A stretch of DNA of 63,799 bases, filler included, from Octopus bimaculoides (Eukaryota), in NCBI RefSeq assembly GCF_001194135.2. It is 5 parts of 5 records of this genome, joined end to end, with 100 filler letters (N's around TTAATTAATTAA, not from the genome) between each part and the next. Parts side by side here need not be neighbours in the genome. Positions count along the whole stretch, not along the records: positions 26,851 to 58,679 come from NC_068991.1; 4 more parts are not named here. The stretch is one strand, 5' to 3'. The notes below the pieces were generated by a model, which was not told the DNA's origin, ran no database searches, and saw nothing but the letters and a program-made list of their open reading frames with translations. Within the stretch, counting starts at the first letter, position 1; each line of letters starts with the position of its first letter. The position numbers and the translations under genes are program-made. This document shows positions 29,310 to 42,037 of this stretch, piece by piece.

Positions 29310-30194
29310 GATGCCCACGATTTTTCTTTACTTGATGTGTCTTCTCAAGCACAGCAAATCACTAGCAGTCTTGGTCCCTAATCATCTACTCTGTGAGGCT
29401 CAACATCTGATGAACATTTCTCACCACTTCATCCCACACTCCTGGGAGCTACCTCCTCCGCAGGTTCCCTTCACAATTAGAGATTGTGCATGTACACTGA
29501 CATTTCACATTCAGCAGAGCATGTTGACTCCATTTCTTTCAAACCTTCACATGTCCTCTGCAGTCACTGCCATGTAACATAGCTGTTTGTACACAGGCAC
29601 CACACAATCTGCTTTTCACTCTGAGAGAGAGGCCTTTGTTACCAACGAAGGACCTTTGTCACCAACACTGGTTGAAGCTCTCTGAACTTTGCATAGCTGG
29701 TTCTTATTCTAATGACACTACACTTTCAGAGCATCCTCCTCCACTGCTAGCTTGGTCACCAAGGTAATGGAAGTTATCTACTACTTCTAAAGACCCACCC
29801 CACTCCCACCCACACCAGACATTTGTGGAAGTCTATTTTCTGTACATTCCTGTGTCTAATGTACCTACACATCTGCCACACAAAGACTACTTTCTCTGTT
29901 AACCTTGTTACAATATTGTTGCACCTCATATGTGTCCATAGGTTACACTGAGTATATTGTATAGAATTTCAACCTATACCTTTTCTACATATCAAACAGG
30001 GCCAACCCCTTGAAAGGATTAGTAATTTGTCTACTTCCTATTTATTGGGACTTTGGTCATTACAAAATTAACTCTAAGACCCTTTGATTCCAGACCTTAC
30101 TTCCACACCTAAACTTTCTTCTCTAATTCAAGTAGACATTCAGTCATAAGAACAAGGTCATCACTGTAGAGGAGCTCAAAAGGGCAACCAGTCT

Positions 30195-30198
<4 letters not shown>
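29310..30198 (-). mobile_element. RTE-like LINE fragments
   Basis: TGCPFELLYSDDLVL at ~30150-30198. The downstream part is homologous to the 49.6-50.2 kb and 55.5-55.65 kb copies. Confidence 0.8.
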
Positions 30199-30252
<54 letters not shown>

Positions 30253-30293
30253 NNNNNNNNNNNNNNNNNNNNNNNNNNNNNNNNNNNNNNNNN

Positions 30294-30350
<57 letters not shown>

Positions 30351-30689
30351 ATTCAGGACTTTTAGGCTTCTGTATCAACAATTTGATGATCATTACATAG
30401 TTTTGGCTGGGCAAGTTTGATGTGCATGGCATTATTGATTACAAAAACATGAAAATCCTACATAACAAATGGACATGCCTTTTGAAATCAATGCTGCAAT
30501 GCACAGTGGGGTAGCACAGCTGCAGACATGCATCAATCATTGAATTGTTGATGCAGTGACTTAATCTCCTGAATGCAAGTCTCCATATCTGTATCTAATT
30601 CTAGTCATCTATTTCCAATGATACTGAGTTCTACCTATTTTGTCATCGCATGTGGTTAATCTGTGTGTGTGTGCGTTTTCTCTTTTTAA

Positions 30690-30927
30690 TCTTATACATA
30701 AATGGCAATTTCTGTCTGTCGATCTGTCAGTTGCCATCTTACTGCCTACCACAGTGAACCAATCTTGACAAAACTTTGCACACATGTTAAACTAACATCC
30801 AGTTCAATTATAAGCTAATTGAATTTCAATAAAAGTCTATAATGGTCCGCCTAGTGGGTTGGGCTATCATTTGATAAAATGAGAAGGGTGCAAAGAGTGT
30901 TAGTATGAGGGCAATGTGGTGGCCTAG
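30690..30927 (+). mobile_element. Non-autonomous Helitron/HINE-like element
   Basis: A|TCttatacataaatggc start, (ctgt)n, a DINE-1-like 'aaccaatcttgacaaaactttgcacacatg' motif, and a CTAG|T end. Confidence 0.45.
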
Positions 30928-31341
30928 TGAGTGTGGCTGATATCAGGGAAGAGGAAAACAGGCTTGTGTAAGCAACAAATATAGAGTGGCAGTGGGGTGT
31001 TAACGTTAATACAGCTGTCATTTATGGATATACATGTTATACTGCATACATACTTTCGTAAATAATTAGATACGTGCATATATATACACACATGCATGCA
31101 CATACACATAACTAGCTTTTAAAATGCTGAGGAAGAGAAAGAAAGTGGGGGTGTAAGGAATATGTAGCGTTAAAGTGAGAGGAGATAGGTAGCTTTTCTG
31201 CTATCCATTGCAAAAAAACACTCACATACAGATACACACACACACACACATACATATATATATACATACTTACATGCATATGTCTACTATACATCATTTT
31301 AAACTTGTGATTACCTGTATATATGTTTATAAATGTGTGTA

Positions 31342-31377
<36 letters not shown>

Positions 31378-31390
31378 TGTGTGTGTGTGC

Positions 31391-31457
<67 letters not shown>

Positions 31458-32112
31458 TGTGTGTGTGACGTCCTATAACTGTCTGTCTCTCTACTTTTGT
31501 AGGGTCTTCTCTGGTTCCTGTCACATATTGTGAAATTTTAAAATTACATCAAAATTTTCAAATTTGGTATATTGAAATAATTTTCCATGTTAAATCCAGT
31601 TTTGCTATTTATTTGTTCCAGAAAAATTGAAGGAAAATGTTACTGAGGTTTAAAGTTTAATCAGTTTTAGCTAATCAGAAAACAGGATTTGGAAGCTGGC
31701 ATTTTCTGCATGATAGCTGTCTATCACAAAATGAAAACATTACAAGGAGGAATTCTTATTAAACAAACGAAAGCAAAACAATATGATGACCAAAGTTGTA
31801 AGTATTTCTGAAGTTTTAATAAGTTTTCATGAATAAAGTCATGTAAAACAGTTGAACAGATACGTAAATAATTTAAAAAGGAGAAAAGTCCTCAAAGTTT
31901 TTTTGCAAAAAACTGCACAAATCTGTCCTGATCAAGAGGCCAATCTGTTGGGGAAGATATGGTCTGACATAGAATAAACAAAACTTTATATAAGACATTC
32001 TATTGTAAAAATTGCTCAGCAATGACAGGCTATTCAGCTAGTTTGGAATAAATTTTGACTGGCCACCTGCTTGGTAGCAAGGTTGCAAAGGAAAGCATCT
32101 TGTTTTGTCCAT

Positions 32113-33515
32113 TATCCTTTAAATATTAAGAAGGTTTTGTAAATTTTTATAGTCTCAGATATTGAGATCGCTTGTAGTGTATGAATTAAGGATCCCAAGT
32201 TCAGTCATACTTTGTTTCAAATGGGTTGATATGTATCCTGTTGCTCCAATTATGAGAGGTATGAAGCTGAAAGTCTATCTTGGGTATTCGATTTGCAAAC
32301 TCCTTATAAATGATCCATAGATGTCCTCTTTCTCTTGTCTTCTTCTAAGTACATTGGTGTCCAGAGGGATGCTGATTCCCACAACAGAACAGATCTTTTC
32401 CTTGTGGTCTTACACAACAATATCTGGCTGATTGTGTTTTAATGGTGGCTGTTGGAGTTTTCAAGTTCCACCAATAATCTTTTGACCTATAGATTGAATA
32501 TAATCAACTTCCTCTATAGGTGTTTTCTTTTTGGTTATCCTGTTCCAGACTGTCCAAGCCACTGCATCATGTCTCATGGGAAGATAATATCTGGAAGACA
32601 TTCTCTCGCAGTTGGCAATAATGTAGTTGATGTCTTCAGTCTTAGTCTTGCATAGCCTACATTTGTTGTCCAGCAATGTTTTCTGCATTTTATGCTGTAG
32701 TACTTGGTAGGGATCTTGTATTCTTGAATTACATGAAAGTAGAATTTGAAGGGGGATGTCATAAATTTGTCAGTACTCCATGCCAAACTTTTGACATCAT
32801 CAGTCCCTTGTACAGTTCGTGTTTTTTCATGCCAAAGTACCCATGTACTATCTACTTGGTAAACTGGTCTATTTTTATATTTTACTCTTCTGATAAACAG
32901 ATTTTATCAATGCTCCTTGGGGAGAGATCTGTATCAGCTTTTATATAATACTTTTCCTTGAGTTCATTAGCAATCCTAATTATGTTGTTGATTTCATAGT
33001 CACAAACTTGAGCAAGATAGTTTATTGGTCTCTTTCTTCTGCTGTAGATGTTGTTTCAATGCCACAATACTGCTTCATATGACATCAATACACATTTGAG
33101 ACCCCAATCACCCACCTTGTGTGAGAGGTATAGCCTGTATACAACTCCATTAATATTGAAGTTTCCTATAATACTGAACAAGTTACGAATTCAAACATCA
33201 TTCACATTAAGTTCTTGTGATAACCAATTCAGAAGGCCAAATGTAGGAATGATTACAGACAGTGCAATAAGCTTGTTGTAAGCTGAGAGTTCTGATGCCC
33301 ATATTCTCTTTATTCTCCTAAAGCATTAATTCCTAGTCCTCTCCTTATTTGTGGTTTCATCATATTTGATATCCTCATCTTGTCCAAGATAACTATAATT
33401 GTCACCTGATTGTAGAGGTTGTATTGTGAAGCCATTCATTTTTAGATTTTCAGGAGCAGACACAAGTTTCTCACATTTTATTGTCAAAAATGCACGTTTG
33501 GACTCACCAAATTTC
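32113..33515 (-). mobile_element. R4/Dong-like (RLE-clade) non-LTR retrotransposon, degraded 3' half
   Basis: KFGESK..YSYLGQDE (end of RT), then CRLCKTKTEDINYIIANC..YLPMRHDAVA (CCHC zinc knuckle with His replaced by Tyr, plus RHD motif) and FIPLIIGATG...IKIYKTFL (RLE end). Confidence 0.8.
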
Positions 33516-33643
33516 ATTATGTAAGTAAGTATATTTATAGCAGAATCTGGTGCTTTAACCTGCGTTGAAATATTCTGAAGTTGCAGTCAGTTCATTATGT
33601 TACAGAATGATTATATTTATGGGTGTATATACATCCATCTATA

Positions 33644-33687
<44 letters not shown>

Positions 33688-33689
33688 TT

Positions 33690-33965
33690 TTGCCAAAGCA
33701 CTAAGTTATGGGGACATAAACACACCACCACTGGTCGTCAAGCAGTGGTGACAAATACAGGCATGGAGACACACACTTAGATATAGACATATATACATAT
33801 ATGATAGGCTTCTTTCAGTTTCTATCCACCCAAACAACTCACAAGATTTTGGTCGGCCTGAGGCTATAGAAGAAGATACTTGCCCAAGGTGCCACACAGT
33901 GGGACTGAACCCAGAACCATGTGGTTGAGAAACAAGTTTCTTACTACACAGCCACACCTGCACCT
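33690..33965 (-). mobile_element. tRNA-derived SINE (family B, CORE-like)
   Basis: Minus strand caggtgtggctgtgtagtaagaaacttg...gggttcagtcccactgtgtggcaccttgggcaagt. Related copies at ~49170-49400, 52230-52530, 52995-53290 and 58420-58555. Confidence 0.75.
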
Positions 33966-34694
33966 GTGTGTATATATATATATATATTTGTATGTGTATA
34001 TTATTATCATCATCATCATCATCATCATCGTTTAACGTCTGTTTTCCATGCTGACATGGGTTGGATGGTTTGACTGAGGACTGGAGAGCCAGGTGGCTGT
34101 ACCAGGCTCCAGTCTGATCTGGCAAGGTTTCTACAGCTGGACGCCCTTCCTAACGCCAACCACTCAGAGAGTGCAGTGGGTGCTTGTTATGTGCCACCGG
34201 CACAGGAGCCAGTCAGATGGCATTGGCGTCGACTATGCTTGAATGGTGCTGTTTACGTACAACCAGCACAGGTGCCAGTCAGGCAGCATTGGCATCAGCT
34301 ACGACTACAATTTCACTTGACTCAACAGGTCTTCTGAAGCACAGCATATTGCCTGATGATTGAAGGATACTTTTAAACAGGCCAGTTATGCGACACTGGC
34401 ATCGGCCATGGCTACGATCTCACCACTTAAAAGTGGATGTTGCATAAGAACACACAAATACTGAAACATTTACCAAGAGAGAAAAAAACTCTCATATGGT
34501 TTTGCAGTGCATAAATTGCACATCATATCAATCGCCAGCAGTAGACAATGACTGCTACTTCCTCTGCCAGGACTACCAGATCATGTGATTTCAGCCTCTT
34601 TTGGCCTTGTCAATGGTAGATACCTGAGCATGGGAAATAGCAGTAACTGCTGCACTAGCAATATACATAGAAATACAGAGCCCAATCAGGCTCT

Positions 34695-34940
34695 GGTCAT
34701 GAGGATGAGGATGCTGCTGCTGCTGCTGATGATGATGATGAGCAGGAGGAGGAGAACAATGTTGATAAGAATGATGATGGCGATGATGGCAGCAACAATA
34801 ATGATGAAAATGATGGTGGGGGAGGTGATGGTAGTTACAATGATGATGGCAATGATGATGACAATGATGATGAGGAGGAGGAGGAAGAGGGGGAAGAAGA
34901 GGAGGAAGATGAGGAGGAAGATGAGGACAATGATGATTGT
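34695..34940. repeat. Compound trinucleotide low-complexity tract (GAT/GCT/GAG)
   Basis: Direct reading; explains the M-rich and H-rich pseudo-ORFs. Confidence 0.85.
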
Positions 34941-35046
34941 ACTGTAGATTGTTAGTAAACCTCATTAGATACCACCACCACAGCACCATACCCATTATCC
35001 CCACCACTACACTAGAAATATCCACTTAGACTATGCACAACACGCA

Positions 35047-35078
<32 letters not shown>

Positions 35079-35273
35079 GAGTAACAAGTTCTGTAATTAC
35101 CCCCACCCCATTCCCTCTCCCCCATTTTTCAGTTGTAAACTTTTAGTAATCATCAGTATTACAGGATGTATCGCTGGCAGCTGGAATTGACTGAGTATAT
35201 TTACACAGTTTTCATGAGCTTCAGTGTAGGATTTTTTGTATTCATGCATGCTTATCTGAGTGTGCGGGCGTGT

Positions 35274-35305
<32 letters not shown>

Positions 35306-35585
35306 AGCTGCATGTTTCTGTGTGCGTGTTTGTGTACGCATGTGTGTATGTGTATAGTTGTATGTGCTTGTGCATGTGTGTATTTGCATGTGGTTGAAAG
35401 TTTCCGTGTGTTTGTGTATGTTACTGTTATTTGTGTGAATATATGTTTTTGTGTTTGTTTCTGTGTGCATATGTGTATTTGTGTGTGTTTGCATATATTT
35501 GTAAATACATTAACACATACATCTGTAGACATACATATATTAAACGCATATACAGGTACACACATACACGTAAACACACTCAGAT

Positions 35586-35621
<36 letters not shown>

Positions 35622-36013
35622 ATACAAATGTTCAGATATACACACTATCACACACACATGTGTACATACACGAACACACACAAATCCAGGCATACCCACT
35701 CTCTCTTTCTCTCATGCATACACGCCAATATCATACACACTCACACATACACACTCACACATACACATACTAGAGGTCCCATTTCCTGATGACATGGCAA
35801 AGACAGTAATGACACTTCTACTTCTATGAATTTACCAAGGAGAAAATGTGAGAATTAAATACTTTGATAAAATGTGTATTTCATGGTGATATACATACAT
35901 GTAATTATGTGTTCGTGTGTGTATGTGTGAGTACAGGCACCCAAATACGCAGACACTCACAGAGACACATAGATTCATATATGAATGTATATGTGTGTGT
36001 ATAAATGTATGTG

Positions 36014-36054
<41 letters not shown>

Positions 36055-36520
36055 ATAGATAGATAGATAGATATACACACATACATACACACACACACAC
36101 ACACATACACAAGTATATTTTATATATACGTGTGCATATGTGTGTGTGTGTGTGTGTGTATGTATGTACAGACACATGCAAAGACATTTATATACAGATA
36201 TGTGTATGCATGTGTATATGTATATCTATATTTGTGTGTATGTGTATATATATATATATATATACACACACATATATATATACATACTGGCACACATATA
36301 TATATACACACGTGTGTGTGTGTGTGTGTCTGTGTATGTGTATGCGTGTAATGGTGGTAAGTGTTGTATTTAAATGAGGAAGTTGAGGTGAGATGGTGAG
36401 AAATTAAAGGCAATGAATGATGACAGTGATGACAGTGATTGTGTGATCACTGACATGACACTTGGAGTTGGTTCTCATCACCAAATAGGGTCATGCAGAG
36501 ATTGGATGATGTCGCCAGTT

Positions 36521-36552
<32 letters not shown>

Positions 36553-36967
36553 AGCAGTGGCAGTGGTGGTAAAGAGGGGAAGGTATAGCTCATGATCTAT
36601 GTGTTATTTAACCCCAGTTCAACTGTGTACATACTCATGATCAAAGACGTTCCAAATTGTGACCACCACCACCTTCCTAATCATCATCATCAAAATTTAA
36701 CGTTCATTTTCCCATACCTGCATGGGCTGGATGAGATTTGTTGAGGCAGATTTGTTGAGGCCTGTCATGTCGCCAACCTTCGCCTGTTTCCCCTTGGCTA
36801 GACATGTTCTTTTCTAAGAAGACTGGAAATGAACAGCCCCACTTGTAGGATAGTGGTGCTCAACTAAAGGCATATTATCAAGTAAAACAAGTTAATTGTA
36901 TCAATATACTTTCTAATGTCTAGCTGAAGTATTCCCTGAATACATTGTTAACACAGACATTAACCAC

Positions 36968-37160
36968 CCACTGTGAGTAGAGTGTGAGTATTAGCTCCAC
37001 TGAGTATGAAGTGTGACTAATTTCACTACTGCATGTGAAGTGTGATTAATATCTCCATTGAGTGAGAAGTGTAACTAATGTCTTCACTGAGTGTGGAGTG
37101 TGAGTAATATCTCCAAAGCATATGGTAGAATATCTTCACCATGAGTGGAGTATAGCTATG
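36968..37160. repeat. Degenerate 29-bp minisatellite (5 full + 2 partial units)
   Basis: Units start at 36968, 36997, 37026, 37055, 37084 and 37113; consensus approx. ccactgagtgtgaagtgtgagtaatatct. Confidence 0.85.
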
Positions 37161-39239
37161 GTCTGTACAGCGAGTTTTACTCACTGCCAATGTGAAATAT
37201 GGAAATGATACATCAAAGATGTTCTTCAAGTTTAAAGAATGTTTGCCATACTTGAGCAATAAGACAATTACTGAAACAAAATTTCATATTCATTATCATA
37301 AATCGAGTTGCATTGTGGACACAATGTTTTTATGTTCTACCAGAGTGATAGGTGTGTATATATTTGTGTGTCTGTTTGAATTTGGTGTGTAGATAACAAT
37401 AACCAGTGTGGTGAATGTAGAATGAAAGGTTGGGGGAAAGGATGTAACTCTTTTCTTACCATATTTCTGTTGAAATACATTGCCTTTAATTTCAATTAAT
37501 TGTGAAAGTAAAGAAGAATTTTGTAAAATAACTTTGTTGTTATTAATCTGTTGTTTGGGATATGATTTAACATGAAGTTTTGATGAAAGGTTTTAATTCA
37601 TCTTACCTTGAAACAGGAAGTTTGTATCATAAGATCAGTGGTGGTCTCAGGTGGACTGATACGGTAACAGTTAATTAAAGGGATTAGATTGAGGGGTAAT
37701 TTTTACATATTGGTTTAAATCTTTACAGGCCCCCTGGTACCAATATGATTAATGTCACTAACACTTTGCTTAAACTGTTACAAGCCAACACCAGCACAAA
37801 AGACATAAGCAAGGGGAGAGTTCCAAGGAAGCGGTTTTCAGAAGAGGAAGGTCTGTGTGTTGTGATTAATGTGGGGAAAGGGAGCTTGAGAAGTGGATAC
37901 CACATGAGTAATGAAAAATGGAGGGTCTGATTGGAGGTGGCATGAAACTAGCTAGCTCAGAGAAGGAGATGATGTTTCAGTAGCAGAGACAGGAGACAAC
38001 ATGTCCATGGGCTAAGGTCGGACTGTGTATGGGAGTGACTTTATGCCATGTAAAAGACAAAATAGAACATTGAGTATGTTTAGATGGGATTCACATAACT
38101 TTGGTGACTTCAAAGGGGTAGAGTCCATTAAAACATGTGTAAGGAACCCAGAAAAAGAGAAAAAAAAAGGATACAGTTTAATGGTATGTTAGAAGTCATA
38201 GAATATTGATGTTGATTATAGTGTATGTGTGTATGCCTGTATGTGTGTATGTGCTTATGTGTACACTGTAGCAGGCAAGTGAGAAGTTCTTAAGTTGTAA
38301 AATGTTAGCAGTTGCTCAGTAGTTTTGTATTTTATGACCAGGAAGAGAAAATCTAACTTTATTGTAATGTTGTTCAGAAATAAAATAATTCAGAGATGGA
38401 AAACAATAGATAAGTTAACGTAAATATGGTAGTGGACTGGCAGATTCAATGAACCAGCAGACGACAGGTCAGGAAGTATTTAGTTATACTTCTTTACATT
38501 CTGCTCCTGAATCTCAACAATATCATCTTTATTTTTCAACATTTTGGGGACAATAAATACAACACCAGTGAAATACTGGGGTTGATATAATGATATGCCT
38601 CTTCTTCACAAATCTCAGACTTTGTGTTTATGTTAAATAATCATATATTTAATATCTGAAGTCTCAAAAAGATAACTAGTAACAAATGAGGGTGTGAAAA
38701 ATATTATATTAGTATATCATCATTAAAACAACACATAAGGGAGATAATTCTAGACATATTTCAGTATAAATCTGAGCTCATAAGCAAAACAACCTTCAGT
38801 GTAATGAGACAATTTGTAAAATACTAACAATCCATTGCATATATTTTCTTTATCACACTGCCTATTTCTAGTTATCTCATTTGAATATACATCTTATCTA
38901 AACATGTATCTTATTTAAATATGTTCACACTAATTTACTGATTATAAAACACTTGTTGCCTATGAGTCAATGAGAGAGCTTTTGTGTGGTCACTTACCTT
39001 TCTAGAAATAACAGCTAAATTTCCTTCAAGTCATAACCTATTCACTTAAATAAATGAAATTGATGTTGGACAATGTAGTCTCTGCTATACATAAAAATGA
39101 GATAGTCATGTTCTGGAATGGCTTTGAACATGCATTTACTGACTTGTGGCTAAACAACAATGCTTTCAGTTATCTTATTTATTATTAATATTATTACAAA
39201 ATATTATTAATTATTATTACTAATACTAATAATTAATAG

Positions 39240-39845
39240 TTGGCATGCCGGGCAAAATGTTTAGCAGCATTTCATCCATCTTGTCGTTCTGAGTTCAAAT
39301 TCTGCCAGGTTTGACTTTACCTGTCATCCTTTTGGGATTAATAAAATAAGCACCAGTTGAACACTGGGGTTGAAGTAATCAACTAGTCCCCTCCCTCAAA
39401 ATTCCAGGCCTTGTGTTTTTAGTAGAAAGGATTATTATTATTACGAAGGCGGCAGAATTAAAAGCAATGGCAGAATCGTTTGCACACCAAGCAAAATGTT
39501 TAGCAGCATTTTGTCTATCTTTACATTCTGAGTTCAAATTCTGCCAGAATATGATATAAGTACCAGTTGATATAAGTACCAGTTGATATAAGTACCAGTT
39601 ACACACTGGGTCGATGTAATTGATTATCCCCCTTCCCCAAAATTTTGGGCCTTCTGCCTATAGTAGAAAGGATTATTACTATTATTACTACTAAGGTGGC
39701 AAACTAGCAGAATCATTAGCATGCCTGGTAAGAAGTTTACTTTCCAACCATATGGTTCTGAGTTCAGTCTTCTAATATTGCCTCAGTCCAACCAAAGTCT
39801 TATGAGTGGATTTGGCAGGCAGAAACTGAAAATAGCCTGTCGTGT
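39240..39845 (+). mobile_element. SINE cluster (family A copies plus an A/B chimera)
   Basis: Consecutive family A copies separated by (tta)n; the last head is fused to a family B body. Confidence 0.7.
39553..39600. repeat. 16-bp tandem triplication inside a SINE
   Basis: gatataagtaccagtt x3, exact. Confidence 0.95.
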
Positions 39846-39870
39846 GTATATCTATATATATATATATATA

Positions 39871-40925
39871 TAAATGAGAATTAGGGAAAAGAACCAAGGT
39901 TCATGAATTCATCGATGAAAATCCACTGTCACATATAGAAAAATTAATAAGTAAAAGCACATTATTATTAACTCTAGTTCTGAATTTAACATCTAAGTTT
40001 TAGTTTGAACTGCAGCAGCTTAGCGATAAGTATCGATTTTAACTTTGTTAAATGACTTTATATCATTGTTTGAAAAAAGAAATATGTATTTTTATATTAT
40101 TCAATTGATTTTTAATGATAATTTTAGTCGATACCTTTTTTAACACTAAATTAATTAGAAGTAAGAGTATCATCTTAGCCTAAACTAAGACTTCAATTAG
40201 ATTAGGGTTGAATTTTTTCCATTAATACTGTTTAATATTTCTTTCTATTTTATGCGATAAATAACTAGTCTTTTTATTTAATTTCTTTGATTATACAATA
40301 TCGTTAATTGTTTTATTATGACTTAAGTTATATAAAGTTTAATCTTTCATTCATATTTTTATTTCTATTCCTTTTCTTTACACAATATTTTCACTAGACT
40401 TCTTTTAAATAAACGTTTTTAGTCTAAAATATTCTAGCTTAAACTATTGCATCGTTTAGATATGTACTAATTCTATCTTTATTATTTTAACCTAAAACTT
40501 CGTTCAAATTGTATTTTAAACGAAAAATTTGTTAAAGTTGGTTTTTGCATATAATATTCCTGTTAGCTTATATTATAATGGATGTAGGGTTGATTATGGA
40601 ATGTTTATAATTTTGATATTTTTATTAATATTTTTCTATCTTAATATAATAAGTATTTTATATACATTCATTTGTTATTTATTGTTGGTTGATATATACA
40701 TTCTTTTATCATTATTTTTGTGGTATTTTGACCTGAAGATTAGTTATATTTTTGAAAAGAATTGATTTTCGATAGTTTTAATCGATTTTAATCGATTTAA
40801 ATTTTCTTTCTATTTGAAAATTGGTTATGAAACACGTGTAGTCGTTTTATTATCATTATCTTATGATATTTACTTTGTATTATATTATACTTATTTATTG
40901 TGCTTTTACTTATTAATTTTTCTAT
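39871..40925 (+). mobile_element. Probable Penelope-like/retrozyme-like AT-rich element carrying a hammerhead
   Basis: About 1 kb, very T-rich and CpG-retaining block starting right after (TA)n. Contains the 40729-40844 hammerhead and runs into a gap. Confidence 0.45.
40729..40844 (+). ncRNA. Minimal type I hammerhead ribozyme motif with long stem II
   Basis: Stem I tgac(40729-32)/gtcg(40841-44); core CTGAAGA 40733-39; ~90-nt imperfect stem II with U-U at 10.1/11.1; GAAA 40829-32; C-ACGT-G palindromic stem III; GUA triplet 40838-40. Confidence 0.65.
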
Positions 40926-41275
40926 NNNNNNNNNNNNNNNNNNNNNNNNNNNNNNNNNNNNNNNNNNNNNNNNNNNNNNNNNNNNNNNNNNNNNNNNNNN
41001 NNNNNNNNNNNNNNNNNNNNNNNNNNNNNNNNNNNNNNNNNNNNNNNNNNNNNNNNNNNNNNNNNNNNNNNNNNNNNNNNNNNNNNNNNNNNNNNNNNNN
41101 NNNNNNNNNNNNNNNNNNNNNNNNNNNNNNNNNNNNNNNNNNNNNNNNNNNNNNNNNNNNNNNNNNNNNNNNNNNNNNNNNNNNNNNNNNNNNNNNNNNN
41201 NNNNNNNNNNNNNNNNNNNNNNNNNNNNNNNNNNNNNNNNNNNNNNATGTGCTTGTGCCTCTCCGAAAGAGAGAG

Positions 41276-41310
<35 letters not shown>

Positions 41311-41611
41311 CATATACACACACACACACACACACATATATATACACATACATACATACACGCATATGTAGGTGTATGTTTGTCCATTACCATCACTTGA
41401 CAACTGATGCTGGTTTGTTTACGTCTCAATAACTTAGTGTTTCAACAAAAGAGACCAATAGAATAAGTACCAGACTTCATAAGTACTGGTGTTGATTTGT
41501 TTCACAAAAAAACCTTTCAAGACAGTGCCCCAAATGGTTGTAGTCAAATGGCTGAAACAATTAAAAGACTACATTAATAGACTACATTATCTAATGTCTC
41601 CTTCCTCCTTT

Positions 41612-42037
41612 TTAGGATGGTACAGTGTGATTTGATAGAGATTTAGGTGCCGTTTCTAGCATATCAGTTGACCAACTACATGCTCTCTCATTGTTCTTTT
41701 TTGAAATTGTACCTTGAGAACTGGAATCAGATAGATGTCGGTGACAAAAATCACTATGATGTCCATCTTCCAAATATCTGTTCGCACTGTCATGTTCCTC
41801 ATTTACACAGTGATGCTTCAGGAAGTCTTCATATTGTGCAACAGAATTACCATGTGCAGGACATCTAGTATATTTTGTTGTGTCCCCTTCAGAACGGAAA
41901 CCCTTGTCTTCTAAGTCAGGTGATAATGTCCTGTATTTGGTTCTCTCTTTCCGATCCACATCAATGTCATTCTTATCTATACCATACTCTTTTAATGTGT
42001 TGTAAAACTTCTGTTCAGCTTTATTCTTAGCATTTTT
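41612..42037 (-). CDS. FAM161A: FAM161A/B-like gene, last coding exon (141 aa + stop)
   Basis: Acceptor cttctcatttttcag|AAA AAT GCT. Begins KNAKNKAEQKFYNTLKEYGID, matching recalled human FAM161A KNARMAAEKHYSNTLKALGIS at the same phase-0 junction. Frame stays open to the stop at 41612-41614. Confidence 0.88.
   Translation of the reverse strand, partial: KNAKNKAEQKFYNTLKEYGIDKNDIDVDRKERTKYRTLSPDLEDKGFRSEGDTTKYTRCPAHGNSVAQYEDFLKHHCVNEEHDSANRYLEDGHHSDFCHRHLSDSSSQGTISKKNNERACSWSTDMLETAPKSLSNHTVPS

Noticed and set aside
34585-35025. Met-rich and His/Pro-rich ORFs
   Set aside because: Compound trinucleotide repeats, open on both strands because of composition.
36968-37160. Possible CRISPR-like array
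   Set aside because: Eukaryotic context, whole units are degenerate copies with no unique spacers, and no cas genes.
39871-40925. Possible mitochondrial insertion (NUMT) given the extreme AT and T skew
   Set aside because: No recognisable mt gene, rRNA or tRNA motif; the hammerhead and (TA)n boundary fit a PLE-like repeat better. BLASTN against the mitogenome would settle it.
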